The translations under genes were made by a program, and so were the position numbers. A stretch of 64,000 nucleotides of DNA from Vicugna vicugna (taxonomy: Eukaryota): positions 3,288,001 to 3,352,000 of the forward strand of contig MU058687.1 of assembly GCA_013265495.1 (NCBI GenBank), given 5' to 3'. The notes under the pieces are model-generated. The model was not told where the DNA came from and did not search any database. It worked only from the letters and a program-made list of their open reading frames with translations. This document shows, piece after piece, positions 10,401 to 25,400 of this stretch. How positions within the stretch are numbered: the stretch's first letter is position 1; every line of letters starts with the position of its first letter.

Positions 10401-13400
10401 TTTTGATGATGGTTTTCCTCACTGCATAAGTTTTTCATTTGATACATTTGTTTATTTTTTCTTTTGTTTCCTTTGCCTTTGGAGTCAAATTAAAAAACAC
10501 TGCTAAGACCACTGTCAAAGAGCTTACTGCCTATGTTTTCTTCTAGGAATTTTATGGTTTAAGGTCTTAAATTCAAATTCTTAATCCATTTTGCATTAAT
10601 TTTTATGCAGTGTAAAAGAGTAGTCTAGTTTCACTCTTTTGCATGTGGCTGTCCACTTTTTCCAATACCATTTATTAAAGAGAGCATCCTTTCTCAAAAG
10701 AGTCATTCTTTTGTTTTGTTTTTTAAAGAATCATTCTTGATATGGAAGTCTTTAATACAAGCAATCACCTTATAATGCATGCTGAAATATGAATCTGCTA
10801 TGGTCCATATCTGCTATTATTATAAAGGACTGGGAGGACTGGATGCAAATTAGATGTATCACATGAATCATTTTTGATAAGCTAGAATCAGTTCTTTACC
10901 CTAACTACATTTAGTAATTTTATCCTATTAGAATTTTGAGGAAAACATGTCAATGACTGGATTACTCAGTATAATTTTTGACATTCAGATTAATTTAATT
11001 CCTCTGCTGTTTCAGTATGTATGCAATCTACATCGCAATGATACCATGGTAACTGTTAACATTTATTTTCCTAAAAAGCTCAGGTCTTAAAATGATTTCT
11101 ATAGACAATCTAATTTTCATCCAATCACAAGTTAACAGCTTTTCGTTATTATCAATTCTCATAGTCACTTTATTGGTTTTAAGGGCTCCATTTATCTACA
11201 GAGCCATTTTGATTTTTACAGCTTAGGAATTTCAGACCAAGAGTGTCATTAACTGTGCACTTTCATACTTCATTCCTCTCTCTTTTATACTATATGTTTA
11301 AACACAACTCTAAATTCAGATTTTCTGCTTCTCCATGACTTCACTTACTGAGAGATGAAATATGCCATTAAACAACAAAGACCATCACCAGAAGGAATCT
11401 GTTTAAGATATGACTTGAAAAAATAGATTGTATCAGCTCGTAGGTTGATGAGAGCACAGAGAACTGTGCATTTGGAAAGAGTTTTATACTTGCATTTTAC
11501 CCAACTCAGAATTCCACCTCTGTGTTATAGCATGTCTTCAACTTTTCAGCATTTCAGTCCTTGCCCTTTGTTGAACCACAAACTTTATCAATCCCTACTC
11601 TGTTCCAAGTCCCCATACATGTATGTCCTTTGTTCTATACATGTCTGTACTAAGAGTGCTCTGTCAATTTTCCCAATTTTATATGATAGCGCTTTCTGAA
11701 TTTTAAGTGAAACTGCTCATGACAAAGGCTGACTTTCAATTCTTACAAAACCTGTTCTTCTCCCCCACTGTACTCAGTACAGTGCTCTGCATGTGAAAGG
11801 ATCTCAATAAAGGTATAGCAGCTTATTTCCTATCTAGAGGAATAGGTACATAAATTTGCCTCACCATTTGAAACAGAAAAGAACAAACTAGAACAGGACT
11901 ATCTACTACATTCTTTTCATAAACATGATCTGAATTCCCTTTTCTATACCCCCATCATTCTCAATTCTGACTCTACAAACTGATAGAAGATTACTTCCAG
12001 GGATAGTCAGTTCTTCTGCTAAGACAGAGTAAACAGTTTAAGTGCAAGAAATTAAGTGCTGATTTATTAAGTTTTCAAACTAAAGAGGAAAGGGAGAGAA
12101 GCAAAACTGGTCTTAGTGGACTAAACCTCCTCTCTAAAAGGTTCACAAAGGCCACTCTTCATAATTCGCATTTATCTCAACTAGCACCTACCTCTTATCG
12201 GGAGCTGCTCTAGAAAGATTCCGGTCATGCTGTCTCTCTTTTCGCCTGTCATGCCGGATTTCATCCCTCTCACGTGCCTCTCCATCCTCTGTGTAGACAG
12301 TTAAACATTACTTACTTCATCAATATATATTATCCATTAATATTTTGAACAAGAGAATATTCTTTAACTGTAGTCAGAAAAATCCACGAACTCCTTTTAG
12401 TCACATTAAGCCCTTTTAACCTTACTTGCAATTAATTTAAATCCAGTACTGATTTAACTTTTGAATATGAATTCCAGAATCATGCATGCAGCTGAAGTGT
12501 TTAGGTGCAAAGTGTACTGATACCTTTTAATTTACTTTGAAATGCATCTAAGTAGTAAGGTGGATTGATAGATGGAGAAAAAGCTGGGTAGATATATGAT
12601 AAAGCAAATTAAGCAATGCTAATTGTTTTTAAAAAATGTTAACATGGAGTCTAGATGGTGGAGATATGGGTGTTCGCTATGTAATTCTTTAAATTTTTCT
12701 ATGTTTTTTAAAATTTTCATAATAAAATTTCTGGAAAAAAGAATTATACAAAGTTTATCCTTATATTTTCAAAGACTGACTTTGAATAAAGAACCTTTTG
12801 CTTGTGGTCCACAGGGGCTGCTTGCATCTTGATTTCTATCAATTGTGTTTTTGTCTATCTTCATTTTCTCTACCCTCTCCAGTCTAAAGGGATACGTATA
12901 GAGCATGAGCTTTGGAGCCAGCCTCTCTGGATTCAAATCCTGTCTCTAGGACAGATTAGCAATGTGAAATTATGCAGATTACTCAACCCCTCTGAGCCTT
13001 TGTCTCCTCCTCTGTAAAACAGTGACAATTAGAACCAATGCACAGAGCTGCTGTAGGGATTTCATAAGGTAGTATATGCAAAGTGCTCAGAGTGGTGCCT
13101 ACCATAATAAGCACTCAATAAATGTCTTTTATTAATATCTGGCAAGAGAGAAAAAATTTAAATTAATTTCTCAAGAACCATTCTTTCAGTTTTTTTTTTA
13201 AAATCAATTCAGAGAACTTACATATAGGGAGGTTTTATATCGAATGACCTTCATTGCCTAGGTGTACAACAGGTTGGTTTTTACATCTTGCCTCATTAAG
13301 TCATTTATGTATGATTTAAGGAAGTGGATTACTACTTATAACCCTGGTTACTTCCCTATAGTTGAACTCGAGACTCCTATAACCCATTGCCTGCTTGATA

Positions 13401-16400
13401 CCTCCATTTTAAACTTAACATGTCCACAACTAAGCTCCCAAATCTCTTCCTCCTGCAGTCTTCCCTATATTAATAAATGACAGCTCAACCCTTCTCAATT
13501 GCTTAGGTCAAAGTTCTGGAGTCATCCTTGACTCCTTTTCTCTCATCCTTCTACCTAACCCATAAGCAAATTTTGTCAGCTCTACTTCCAAAATACATCT
13601 AGTATCTGACCATGGTTTTACTACCTCTTATTATCATCTCTCACCTGTATTATTGCAAGAGCCTTCCAAATGGCTTCCCTGCTTCTCCAAATGACCATTC
13701 CATAGCCTTCCGATATATGCAAAATTAAGTCGCTCTGCTCAAAACTCTTCAAATTGCTTCCCTTGATACTTGAAGTAAAAGCCATGTTCTGACAATGACT
13801 AAAAGGCACACACAGAGATCTGGCCACTTTGCCCTAATTTGTCTCACCCTCTTATCCTGCTACTTAGCTTTCTCACTCTAATCCAGCCATAATGGCCTCC
13901 TGCCCGGTAAACAGCCTCCTTAGGCCTTTGCACTTGCTGTTCCTTCTATCTAGGCTGCTATTCCCCCAGATATCCACATGGCTCACTTCCTTACTTCCTT
14001 CAAGTGTTTGTGCTAATGTTATAATCTCAGAAGTGAGGCCTATTTTGACCTTATGGCACTTTTATACCTCTTCTGTTTTATTTTTCTCCATAGTGATTAT
14101 TACCTTTTAATATACTGTTTGATTAACTTTTTTTGTCTCTCCATATTCACTGAAATGTTTGCTGCTATACCCCAACCTGTCAGCAAAAACCTTTGTGTCT
14201 AGAAGAGAATCCTGCACATAGTAGGTGCTCAATATTAACTGAATGAATAACTGTATCAGTCTAGGATTTACTAATGAAAGAAAAATCATCCTCATAATTT
14301 TCTTGAATTAGAATTAGCCTTTTCACTCTGAATTAATATACGAGTGTAGACCAGTAAATAAAAAGCTAGAGAGAAAATATTGGCAGATTTAATAATTAAA
14401 GGCCTAAAAGACAGAAAAACTGGATTAGTTAACCATGTGGGGGAGCTGAATTATTCAGCTGGAGATCTCGTTTCTAGTTCTAAGTTTCAAGAAAATTAAA
14501 ACAGGAGAAAATTAAGCATATCATTTGAGGACTATGTGATTTTTAAAAGTATATTGTTCAGAAGTTTAAAAACTTCCAAGGGTATGCTCCCATATTAAAG
14601 GCCCACATTTAAATGTACATTCTTTATTTTCTACTGCCTCAGCTTAACAGGGCAGAAATTACTTTTTCATTTCTACATTATTTCTGAAATATCTACATTT
14701 TCTTTATGTCTACTTCTGTATGCAGTAAAAAAAATAGAGATTTTCTAAAATGAGACATATATTGTTCATAAAGTAAATTCAACTTGGTAATGAGTATGTT
14801 ATACCTTTTTCCACATGAGTTTTGATCCCAGCTCTTCTCTCCCTGGCTTTCTGGGCCATTTCTCTAAGTTTCTCTTCATGTTTCTCCTTTTCTTTTTGAG
14901 CCATCTTTCTCTCTACTTGAGCACGCATTTCCACAGCTTCACGAGCCTGTTAGTAAAGTCAGATGTCAAATAAGACACTACCAGGGGATAAAGAATTATA
15001 GCTATCATCTAATTCCCTGACTAAATTCTGGCTTGAAAGAACAGTTATAAAGAATTCAAATTTGTTACTGCTGATTAAAACAAAGATTCTTCTCCACTAA
15101 AAGTAACTTGCCTAAGATACTGCAAACTTAGCTTTTTCACTCTGAGAAATGTTTTAGTAGTTGAAACTATAGTGATCCCAATCAATCTTGTAAGTCAGTA
15201 TTTCACTAATGCTTTCGCAGAAACAATCTAAAAAATTAAATAAGATTCCAAAAAAGCAAATTTCAATATCAATAACATAGTAAGAACTAGTCATATTTTC
15301 AAAATCAGAGATCAACTCAAGATAAAGCCTTGGTCTAGATGTGCAAGAGAAAATTTTTATAAGGGCGCTCACTGTGATACAGAAGATATACTTTTCTATG
15401 TTCTATACACACTTCAAAGACACATTAATACCATAATATTAATGGACAGCCAATACTATGAACGACATTTTCTGTAGCGTTCATTTCATCAGAATGTTCA
15501 TTTGCCCTTCTCTGCAACGGACTTTTTAGGAGACATCTACATTTAAGATACAGAAAAATTATGAAACCTAAAAAGAGCAGCTGGCAGTCTTCACAAAATG
15601 GGATCAGCCTAGTGAACCATTATTCTGGAAATGCTATGAGATGCTGAAGCCCCAGTAGTGGGTTATCTATACGAGTCTACAAAGGCTGAGACAGGGTACA
15701 AAGCTGCAAGTAGCACCTCTCTAGAACACATTTCACAGGTGAGAGTCTCTAGGTACTTGGCAATGTAGCTAAAATAACAGTCTCTTAGGTAACTGAGAAT
15801 GGATTTACAAATTATCAAGAGCATTAAACAATTTAATTATGACAGATCAACCTTCCGATCAGCAATGTAGAGAGCTTCAGCCAGTTTTGCAAAATTTTCA
15901 TTAATGTGAACTGTCTGCAGTCCTCTTCCATCAGCAGCCAGACGTTTATCCAATGGAATTGTATAACCCTAGCATGAAAGCAGGCAGAAAGCACTGGTCA
16001 CAAAAGAGCGACAACAGATTCTTTAAAATTACATTTAAATATGTCCATTTTGACAAACATTTAGTTCAAGTTCTTTTTCCTTATCTCTTTCTTCACAATT
16101 AAGCAACAATAGCAACAGCTAACACTCAATTCTTTGTGTGGAGGATTATTTAAGCACTTTATATCCAGGGCCTCAATTAACCTTCACAACAATTCTATAA
16201 GGCTTGTAACATTATGATGTCCATTTCACACATAAAGATACTGAGGAAGAGAGCTTAGGTAATGTCCCCAAAGTCAAACAGTTAATAAACAGACGAGCTA
16301 GGATTTAAACTTGGGCAATACGATTTCAGAGTCTAAGCTCTGGGAAAATAGATTCTCATGTTAAAATTGTGGATTATAATAAAAGGAAGTCACTATCAAA

Positions 16401-19400
16401 TAGCTAAATAGATGTGCATCAAGTAAATGTAACAGTTATACAAAGGTAGAAGAAAGCACTAAAATCAGTGTCTACAGGTAGCTTAAGCTGCTGTACTACT
16501 TAATGACTTAGATTCTTCAAATCTTGTACATTTCAATAAAAGGAAAAAGAATAAAATATGCTGGACAACTAAGATTCTGTGTTCTGAAATTTTGCATCCT
16601 ATTTCAACAACTGAAGGAACATGCTTGAACATTCATGTGACTTTCAGGCTTAGCTTCATTTTTCCAGATTTCTGACTAGACTCCAATACTGACCTTGACT
16701 CCACAGTCTTTATTCCTAATACAAGGAATTGCAATAGAGTCAGCTCAAGAGATCTCATAGTTACATACATATTAATCAATCCAGATCAGACAACCCAACA
16801 ATCTTTATGTTTCAGGATGAGTATATAACTTCCTTTAAGGAGTAATTCATATTTAAGCCATGGGATAAAGTGGCCTTCTTCACCGAGCAAAACAGAATCA
16901 TGAAATATGATTTGGGAGAAAAGAGGAAATAGTGAACAGGAAATTTATCCTGCATTATCTTAGAGATTCTTCATGACTCCTGGAAGCTTTAGTGATTAGT
17001 AGAAATACACTGGATTTAAATAGTTTACACATGCATTGCTATAAACAAAGAGTTTAAAAATTAAAGCACTGAATATATCCATACATACACTCTATTTTAT
17101 CATATAATTATTTAAATTGGTTTAATTTCTTTTAGGAAGAATTTTAGATATACATTTGAGTTTTCTAAACAATCCTATCTTTCACTGATATGCTACTTTA
17201 TTCTACCCATTCCTTCTCTATGTGCTTCTGATAACTACAATTTACTAGAAGAATCTACTTAGTATTCATAAGCCTGGCACAGTAACATTCCTATTACATT
17301 AAAAAAGAGAAAAGTCACATAAGTTGGCTGTTTCTTCTTAAAAATCTTCAGCTAAATGAAATGCTGAGGTCTCAACTAAAGTTACTCAGGCTGAAGGTCC
17401 TTCCTGGGTGTTTTTCAGGAGGCTGTAATACTAAAAGACTGATTTTATGACAAGTTAATTACCTTTGCATTTTTCCAGTTTGAAATACAAGGAGGAATCT
17501 TCCACTCTTGTTGTTCCTTCACAGTCATCTGAGTTAAGAAAATTGAGAAGAGACATTTTTATAAATTTATAGTCTAGCTAAAAACTTGAATGCAATCTTT
17601 CTTTTCAAATACAGCTCAATAAACACTGACATACAGATGGATTTAGCCAAGGGCCTTGATTCCATTTGTTTGGTGGCACTGTATATGCTATGTTCCCACG
17701 TCATGAAACTTAGCACTAATTTTAATGGAAAAATGGAAAATAATCTATAAATTATTTTTGACAGTAATAAATGCTGGTTAGTATTTTTACATATTTAAAG
17801 TGATGTGACTTCTTTCAAATGAAAACTGTTCTATTAGTTGGGTAATAAAATAAATCTAAAAAAAGCCACTTGGACAATCAATCACAGACATAGCTAATGA
17901 TCCCAGGTGCTTACCTCTTGTGACTATCATAACATCCTTCTTGTCAAATAGCAGACTTTTCATCCCATTAAAAGCAGGGGTTAATAATAATAAAACTAAT
18001 AGCTAACATTTTACATACATTCTCATAGGCATTCTGGAACTACACATTATAGTCGAGTGGGTCCCTATTTGATCTTGAAAAACAAACTAAAGAAACAGTA
18101 AGTGTGGTGAAATGTAACTGTACAGGCATCTAGACTTTATTGTATGGGAAGTTATTTATAGAATTAGTAATCATGAATACAAAAAAAGATTTTAGTCTAG
18201 AGCAAAGATTACCTTTCGGCTAGGAGAATGCATGACAGGTGCAGGAGGAGAAGGTGGTCCGCGTGGAATTTTCTTATTAATCCTGAAGGATAAACCAAAG
18301 CACAAACTATCTATCTCCCCTCTTCATTTTTTATTATGTAAAGCTTCAAACAGATACAAAAACAGAGAGTGTATAATGAACGTCCATCTATTATACAGCA
18401 ATGTGTTGAGAAGCTGGAACTGGTGTACTGAATTACAAATATGTAGATTTTGACCTGCTGAATGAGGGTAACAAGCCACCCTCGTGGGGTCAGCAGGTAG
18501 CTCCCTCAGCATCCAAGCTCCCACTTTGGGACAGTGAAGCCTACTTGGTCATTTTGATTGAAGCGCAGTTTTAACACACCCAAATAAGACAGCAGAGTCA
18601 CAAAATTTATTATTACTTACAGATCCCAGAAGTGGCGGGGTGAAGAGGGGGGAAACAACTGGAGGAAGGACAATTCTTTGCCCTAGTCCTAGGCCACAAA
18701 TGAGCAGAAGAGAGAGCAGGGGAGCAAGCACCTATTACTTATAAGGTGGCTGGGCCAGAGGACACTAACTTCTCTCAGGGCTTAACTTTAAGTGGTTATA
18801 GTCACCCTTGGCTTCCAAGGAGGCCTGGTTTCAGGACACCCAAGGATACCAAAATCTGTGGGTACTCAAGTCCCTTACATAAAATGGCATAGTATTTGCA
18901 TATAACCTACACACATCCTCCTGTATATTTTAAATCATTTCTAGATTTTTTGTAATCCCTAATACAATGTAAATGCTATATAAATAATTGTAGCGGGGTT
19001 GGCAAATTAAGTTTTGCTTTTGGAGACTTTCTGGAATTTTTTTTTCTTGAATATTTTCAATCCACAGTTGGTTGAACCTGCAGATGCAGAACCTGTGAAT
19101 ACAAAGGGCTGATTATATTTTAAAAGATGCCCTGGGAAAGGCAAAGTGTAAACTTATGGTGGGCATGCTAAACTCAAGTCCTAAAATGTCCAGACTCTAG
19201 GTGTAAGTAAGGTTATCATACTGTAAAATGACAAGGCAGCAACTCAGGAAAAAAAAGTTGTTTTCCTCAGAAGTTGTTTTTCTCTTCATGACTCAGCTTC
19301 AACAACTGTTAAAACACAGCCAACTGTCATCATCATCACTATCTACTTCACCTCCAAAATATCATTATCATTTCAGAGTTAATATTATTTTTTCCTTCTT

Positions 19401-22400
19401 AAAAAACAGCTTTATTTAGGTAAAACTAACTTGCAATTAACTATTCATATTTAAGGTACACAATCTGATTAACTTTTTAATTAATTTCTAAAATTATTGT
19501 GGCTGCTTCTTTCTTTCTTTTCTTTTCTTCCTTTCTTTCCTTCCTTCCTTTCTTCCTTTTTGTTTTTGGAGGGGAAGTAATCAGATTTACTCATTTGTTT
19601 TAATGAAGTTACTGGTTTGAACCCAGGCCCTTGTGCATGCTAAGCATGTGCTCTACCACTGAGCCATATACTCCCCAGATTAACTTTTGACACAAGTAAA
19701 TACCTGTGAAACCATCATCACGATCAAGACATGAATATACCCATCACCTCCAAAAGTTTCCGCATGCCCCTCTGCCTATCTCTCTTCTTCCTCTCATTGC
19801 CACTCTGTCCTCCCTACTTCCCCACAAGCAACCACTGATTTACTTCCTGTGTCATTATAGATTAGTTTGCATTTTCTAGAATTTTATACAAAAGGAATGA
19901 TACAGTATGTACTTGTTTTTGTCTGGCTTCTTTCACTCAGCATAATTATTTTGAGATTCACCCACGTTACTGCATGTACTAAAGTTTATTCCTTTTTACT
20001 GCTCAATAGTATTTCATGTACAGATGTCCCACATTTGTTTATCCATTTGTGTGTTGATGGACATTTTCCTTCTTTCATATCTTTTTTAAGAATGGTGATT
20101 CGTTTTCATGAAGCCACCTACTTACTTGAACCTTGGAGGCTCCATTGGATCTTTCTGCATTTCTACCATCCGAATAACTCTCTGTTTAGCTCCAGAGTTG
20201 AAAGCCACTCCTTGTTGAGATGGTGTGTATCTGAATAATGGAGATGAAATTAAAGGTGTAACGAGTTCAAGCTTTCAATAGGCATTTTTCTTCTATTACA
20301 ATCCTAGGCTGGACTACATTGTCAATTTTTTTCACAAAGTACTAATGGAAAATTGCAACAACATTTAGGCAGAGCAGATAGCAATGGAGATAAGAGAATG
20401 ACTAGCAACTATGAGTTACAAGCAAAGTGTAAACTAGAGTCGTATTAGTTTGCAAATAATCCATCCTAGTTCATTTTGAACCATGGAAGGCAGTGTTCCA
20501 TTTCACAGATAAGAGGTCTAGAAAGTAGTACCTATTTTGTAAGTCTGCATTTGAGGGAATAAATGCCCCATAATATTCTTAGCAGGCAACTTATAGTTAA
20601 CAGTTTTTGACTAATCATAGGTTATAAAACAGAAAGAATAATGGTAGCAGCCCTACCAGCTCTGAATTTTCCCCTAATATCTATATGTGAATCATCTTTC
20701 CACATAAAGATTTAGTTAAGTGAAATTCATCAAAATTTAGAAGTATTGTAAGGATGGCTATTAGTATATAAATGATATTAATATATTATTTATAGTATAC
20801 TGTTATAGAATTATAATAGTATTGTATCACATAATATTATCAACATATTCATGTTATATAAATATTATGTATTATATTAAAATGGAACTCTAAATAATTG
20901 TGGTTTGGATCATATACTCAATGTAATCGTTAATTTCTATAAACAAAAAAATGTTTTTAAAACAGCATAATAGCAAATATCTTATAAGTCAATATCCTAA
21001 AAAATACTGTTTTCAATTGTCTGCACAGAGTCAGTAGGCTTCAAGTCATTATCCAAAAAAGTGATATACAACTGTGACTAAGCATAGTGAAAGAATACAG
21101 GGACCCCCAACTCCAATCAATTCTGACATGAAACTAAAGCTTCCAGGCATGATTTATACCGGATATACTGAGCAGGAGCCAGTTTATCAGCTGCTCGGAC
21201 GGGCATGGCTGCAGCAACCTTCTGGGACACAGATTTTTCTAAGGCGACCCTTGTCTTTTCTGTTATCTGAAATAAAAAACATCACATTGAGTGGTTTGGA
21301 AGTTAACAAAGATGTAAAAAGGTCACCTAAAATAATTATATATATATATCAATTCCTAGTTACCTCTTTAATGGCTTCTTCATCAGGTCTTTGCAGGTCT
21401 GGGTCATCTGCATTCATGACTTCCTTGGGAACCAGGTCAGTGTACTTGCTATAAATGACCTAAAATGTTCAAACAAAAGCAGGCTTAAGAAAAGCAGAAA
21501 ATGAAAAGAAGCAACCTCATTAAATCATTTCAGAAGTCAACATGTTCTCCTGGCACACTTACAAATTTAGGACACAGATTTTGTCTTTTAGATTTTAAAA
21601 TCAAGGAAGCTTAAAATATATACACAAATTGCTGCCCTGGCTATAAAAGTTAATAATTTTCCTCTGACCTCATGCATTTAAATTATTTGAGAGCTTCTAA
21701 TCAAGTCGGTATCCAAATAAATTGTGCCAACAAAATCTTATGCATCAGTGATCCCTATTTTTGAGGCTCACTAGGACTTGAAATTAATGATGATATAAAT
21801 TGCCTATAGCACCATTATCTTGGATTACAAGCTCATTGGAATTTAAGTCAGGTTACTGAATAATTTCCAAATTCAGTGGGCTTAAAAAATTTCATTGATC
21901 TCACCCTACTTAAAATGTTTGTCTTTTCTGGCAGCAACTCTATTCATAAACTAAGAAAATGAACATATGCCATGGTCAAAAAGTCTTGAACACTTTCTTT
22001 TATTAAAAAAGAAAAATTCTATATGCACACCTTATTCTACACATCCAAATTTAGGACTGTTATCTGATTGGTAGGCCCCTGCCAAACAGAAGATTACTGA
22101 CTTTTATGCCCATCAATACTTCTTAAATTCTTCCATAAAACTTACAAGGCAGATTTTACAGAAAAATAGACGTATTGGAAATTTAACAAATAAGCAGCAT
22201 TCTAGATTTTGCTGCTTGAGTCAGGAATTCTTTGACACATATTTAGAGAAAGAATTAACTTATAAATATGAAAGAAAACCAAATTCCTGGGCACTTGAGC
22301 TCTTAAAAAATTTTCTGCAGAAGAAAATGTTTATTACTGTAAGTCAAAGTCTTATATCAATAATTGCATTCTATTATGTTATTCCTTAAAATAGCTGAAA

Positions 22401-25400
22401 GGCAATGCATCCTTTTTTTTTAATTCTTAAAAAAAAATTTTCTTTATTGAAATGTAGTTGATTCACAGTGTTGGTTTCCTGTGTACAGTAAAGTGATTCA
22501 GTTATACAAATATACACTAAGTATTTCTTTTCAGATTCTTTTCCATTACATGTTAATATAAGAAATTGAATATAGTTCCTTATGCTATACAGTAGGTCCT
22601 TGTTGTTTATCTATTTTATATATAGTAATATGTGTCTATTAATCCCCAACCCTTAATTTATCCCTCCCTGTTCTTTTTCCTTTGGTAGCCATAGTTTGTT
22701 TTCTATGTCTGTGAGTCTGTTTTTGGTCTGTAAATAGAATTTGTATCACTTTTTTTAGATTCCATATATGAGTGATATCATATGATATTTGTCTTTCTCT
22801 ATCTGACTTAATTCACTCAAAATGATCATCTCTAGGTCCATCTACATTGCTGCAAATGGCATTATTTCATTCATTTTTATGGCTGAGTAATATTCCATTG
22901 TATAAATACACCAGATCTTCTTTATTCAGTCATCTGCTGATGGACATTGAAGTTGTTTCCATTTCTTGGCTATTTTATTTTTTTTTAACATTTTTTATTG
23001 ATTTATAATCATTTTACAATGTTGTGTCAAATTCCAGTGTAGAGCACAATTTTTCAATTATACATGAACATATATACATTCATTGTCACATTCCTTTCTC
23101 TGTGAGCTACCATAAGATCTTGTATATACTTCCCTGTGCTATACAGTATAATCTTGTTTATCTATTCTACAATTTTGAAATCCGAGTCTATCTCTTCCCA
23201 CTCCCCCCACCCCTTTGGCAACCACAAGTCTGTATTCTATGTCTATGAGTCTATTTCTGTTCTGTATTTATGCTTTGTTTGTTTGTTTTTTGATTCCACA
23301 TATGAGCGATCTCATATGGTATTTTTCTTTCTCTTTCCGGCTTACTTCACTTAGAATGACATTCTCCAGGAGCATCCACGTTGCTGCAAATGGCGTCGGT
23401 TTTTATGGCTGAGTAGCATTCCATTGTATAAATATACCACATCATCTTCATCCAGTCACCTGTTGATGGACATTTAGGCTGTTTCCATGTCTTAGCTATT
23501 GTAAATAATGCTGCTATGAACATTGGGGTGCAGGAGTCATCCTGAAGTAGGGTTCCTTCTGGATATAAGCCCAGGAGCAGGATTCCTGGGTCATATGGTA
23601 AGTCTATTCCTAGTCTTTTGAGGAATCTCCATACTGTTTTCCACAGTGGCTGCATGAAACTGCATTCCCACCAGCAGTGTAGGAGGGTTCCCTTTTCTCC
23701 ACAGCCTCTCCAGCATTTGTCATTTGTGGACTTTTGAATGATGGCCATTCTGACTGGTGTGAGGAGATACCTCATTGTAGTTTTGATTTGCATTTCTCTG
23801 ATAATTAGTGATATTGAGCATTTTTTCACATGTCTATTGATCATTTGTAGTATGTCTTCCTTGGAGAATTGCTTGTTTAGGTCTTCTGCTCATTTTAATG
23901 CATCCGATCCTTAATTTCTCACTCCAAACAACAAAGCAGAAAACAATTTATGGACCATACGACTTGACCTGCTTTTGTCTACAGCATCGATCTCCCCCTG
24001 GATCTCTCGCTCCCTCATTCATTGTGCTTCCATCACATAGGCTCTTATTTTTTGAACACAACTGCTTCCCCCCAATTCTGGACATTTTTAGTGTTGCTCT
24101 CAGTTCTTCAATTGGGTTCTCAACCTGAGTCTTGGTGAAAAGGTCATGTATGCAAGGGTGAGGCCTCCTCTGACTACCCCGCTAAAGGAACAACCCCTTC
24201 CCACTCAGTCATGCAGTGTCACAGAACTCTGTTTACTCTCTTCAAAGCACTTCTCACAATATGAAATTATTTATCTATTTTAAATGTTTATTTGTCTTCT
24301 CCATTAAAGTAATACCAATAATAATTGTAACAGCTAACATTTACCAAGCACTTATTTTGTGTCACTGTTCGTTTGCTTTATATTACTTTATATGTATTAA
24401 CTTTTGTATCAACCCTATGAGGTGTGCACAATAATTATATTACTGATGAGGAATCTTTTAGTCATTAAAGTATCTCCAGTGCTTATAGTAACTCCTGGTC
24501 TACAGGAGGCACTCAGTCAATATTTGTTATACAAATGAACGAACATATAACTTTTAGAGATGTTCTATTCTACGCTAAAAGTAAGTATATTTTAGGTCCT
24601 GCAGAACATTTTATATAAGCTGTTGATTTCCTGGAAAAAAAACTGTATCATGGTTATAGACAGAAATCTCTAGCTTGTTTTTCTTGAGAATGAGAAAAGG
24701 GGTCACATAAAAAGTGTAAATAATTTATCACGAAACATGTCCATTGATATGGGAGCTACTAGTGTCACCATCCTCTCAAAAAGAGTGTTCATTTTGAAAG
24801 GGACCCTAAAGTTCACACTAGTGAGAAAAGCAAGGCTCAGTGTGTTAAGATCACATAGCTAATAACTGATCTCAAAAGTCTTATTTCTTTTCAGGATGGA
24901 AAAATCTATACCACAAGAATTAAAAATTGTGTTAACAATCTCTAGAAAATAATACCAAGACTATAAAGAGTTAATCACTTTTATACAGCAGTCATTACAG
25001 GAAGAGATTCTAAGGAAATGGCTCCCTGGCAGTCATACATGATCAACATACAGTCTCCATACTAATTTAGCATACAAGAGCCATTTGCTGCTTCTTATTT
25101 GGGTATTCCAAAGTTAATAATCCTTTAAATGAGCATCAGTAAGATTCTAGCATCTCACAAAGCTGAGTGAAGGAAATCTGAAGAGCAAGATTCCTCCATG
25201 GTAATTAACTATAAAACTCCAAATTTTTATTGCCTGAGAACCAACTGTGCTGAAGAAACTCAGTATATCTCAGGAGGCAAAGAGGCTGGGGAGGGTTATC
25301 TGAAAAATACAATATACTCTCGAAGGTATCAGGTGTACAAATGAGCTTTGTGAACAAGATAAAGCAATAACTCATCAGTGAAACATAATTTTTTATTACT

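Noticed and set aside
11349..11398. Possible 50-nt poison exon in SNW1 intron 11 (AACAG...TCA|GTAAGT, in-frame TAA)
   Set aside because: Weak acceptor; such pairs arise by chance in introns; conservation cannot be assessed here.
21267..21363. Retention of the 97-nt SNW1 intron 4 as a coding isoform
   Set aside because: Reads GTA ACT AGG AAT TGA, an immediate stop; no evidence of regulated retention.
21074..21454. 126-aa ORF antisense to SNW1 exons 4-5
   Set aside because: Non-ATG start; explained as the antisense shadow of coding exons.
23347..23844. L1 ORF2 peptides (also 9848..10132 and 43777..44064) as host genes
   Set aside because: 5'-truncated retrotransposon fragments without complete endonuclease or RT domains.
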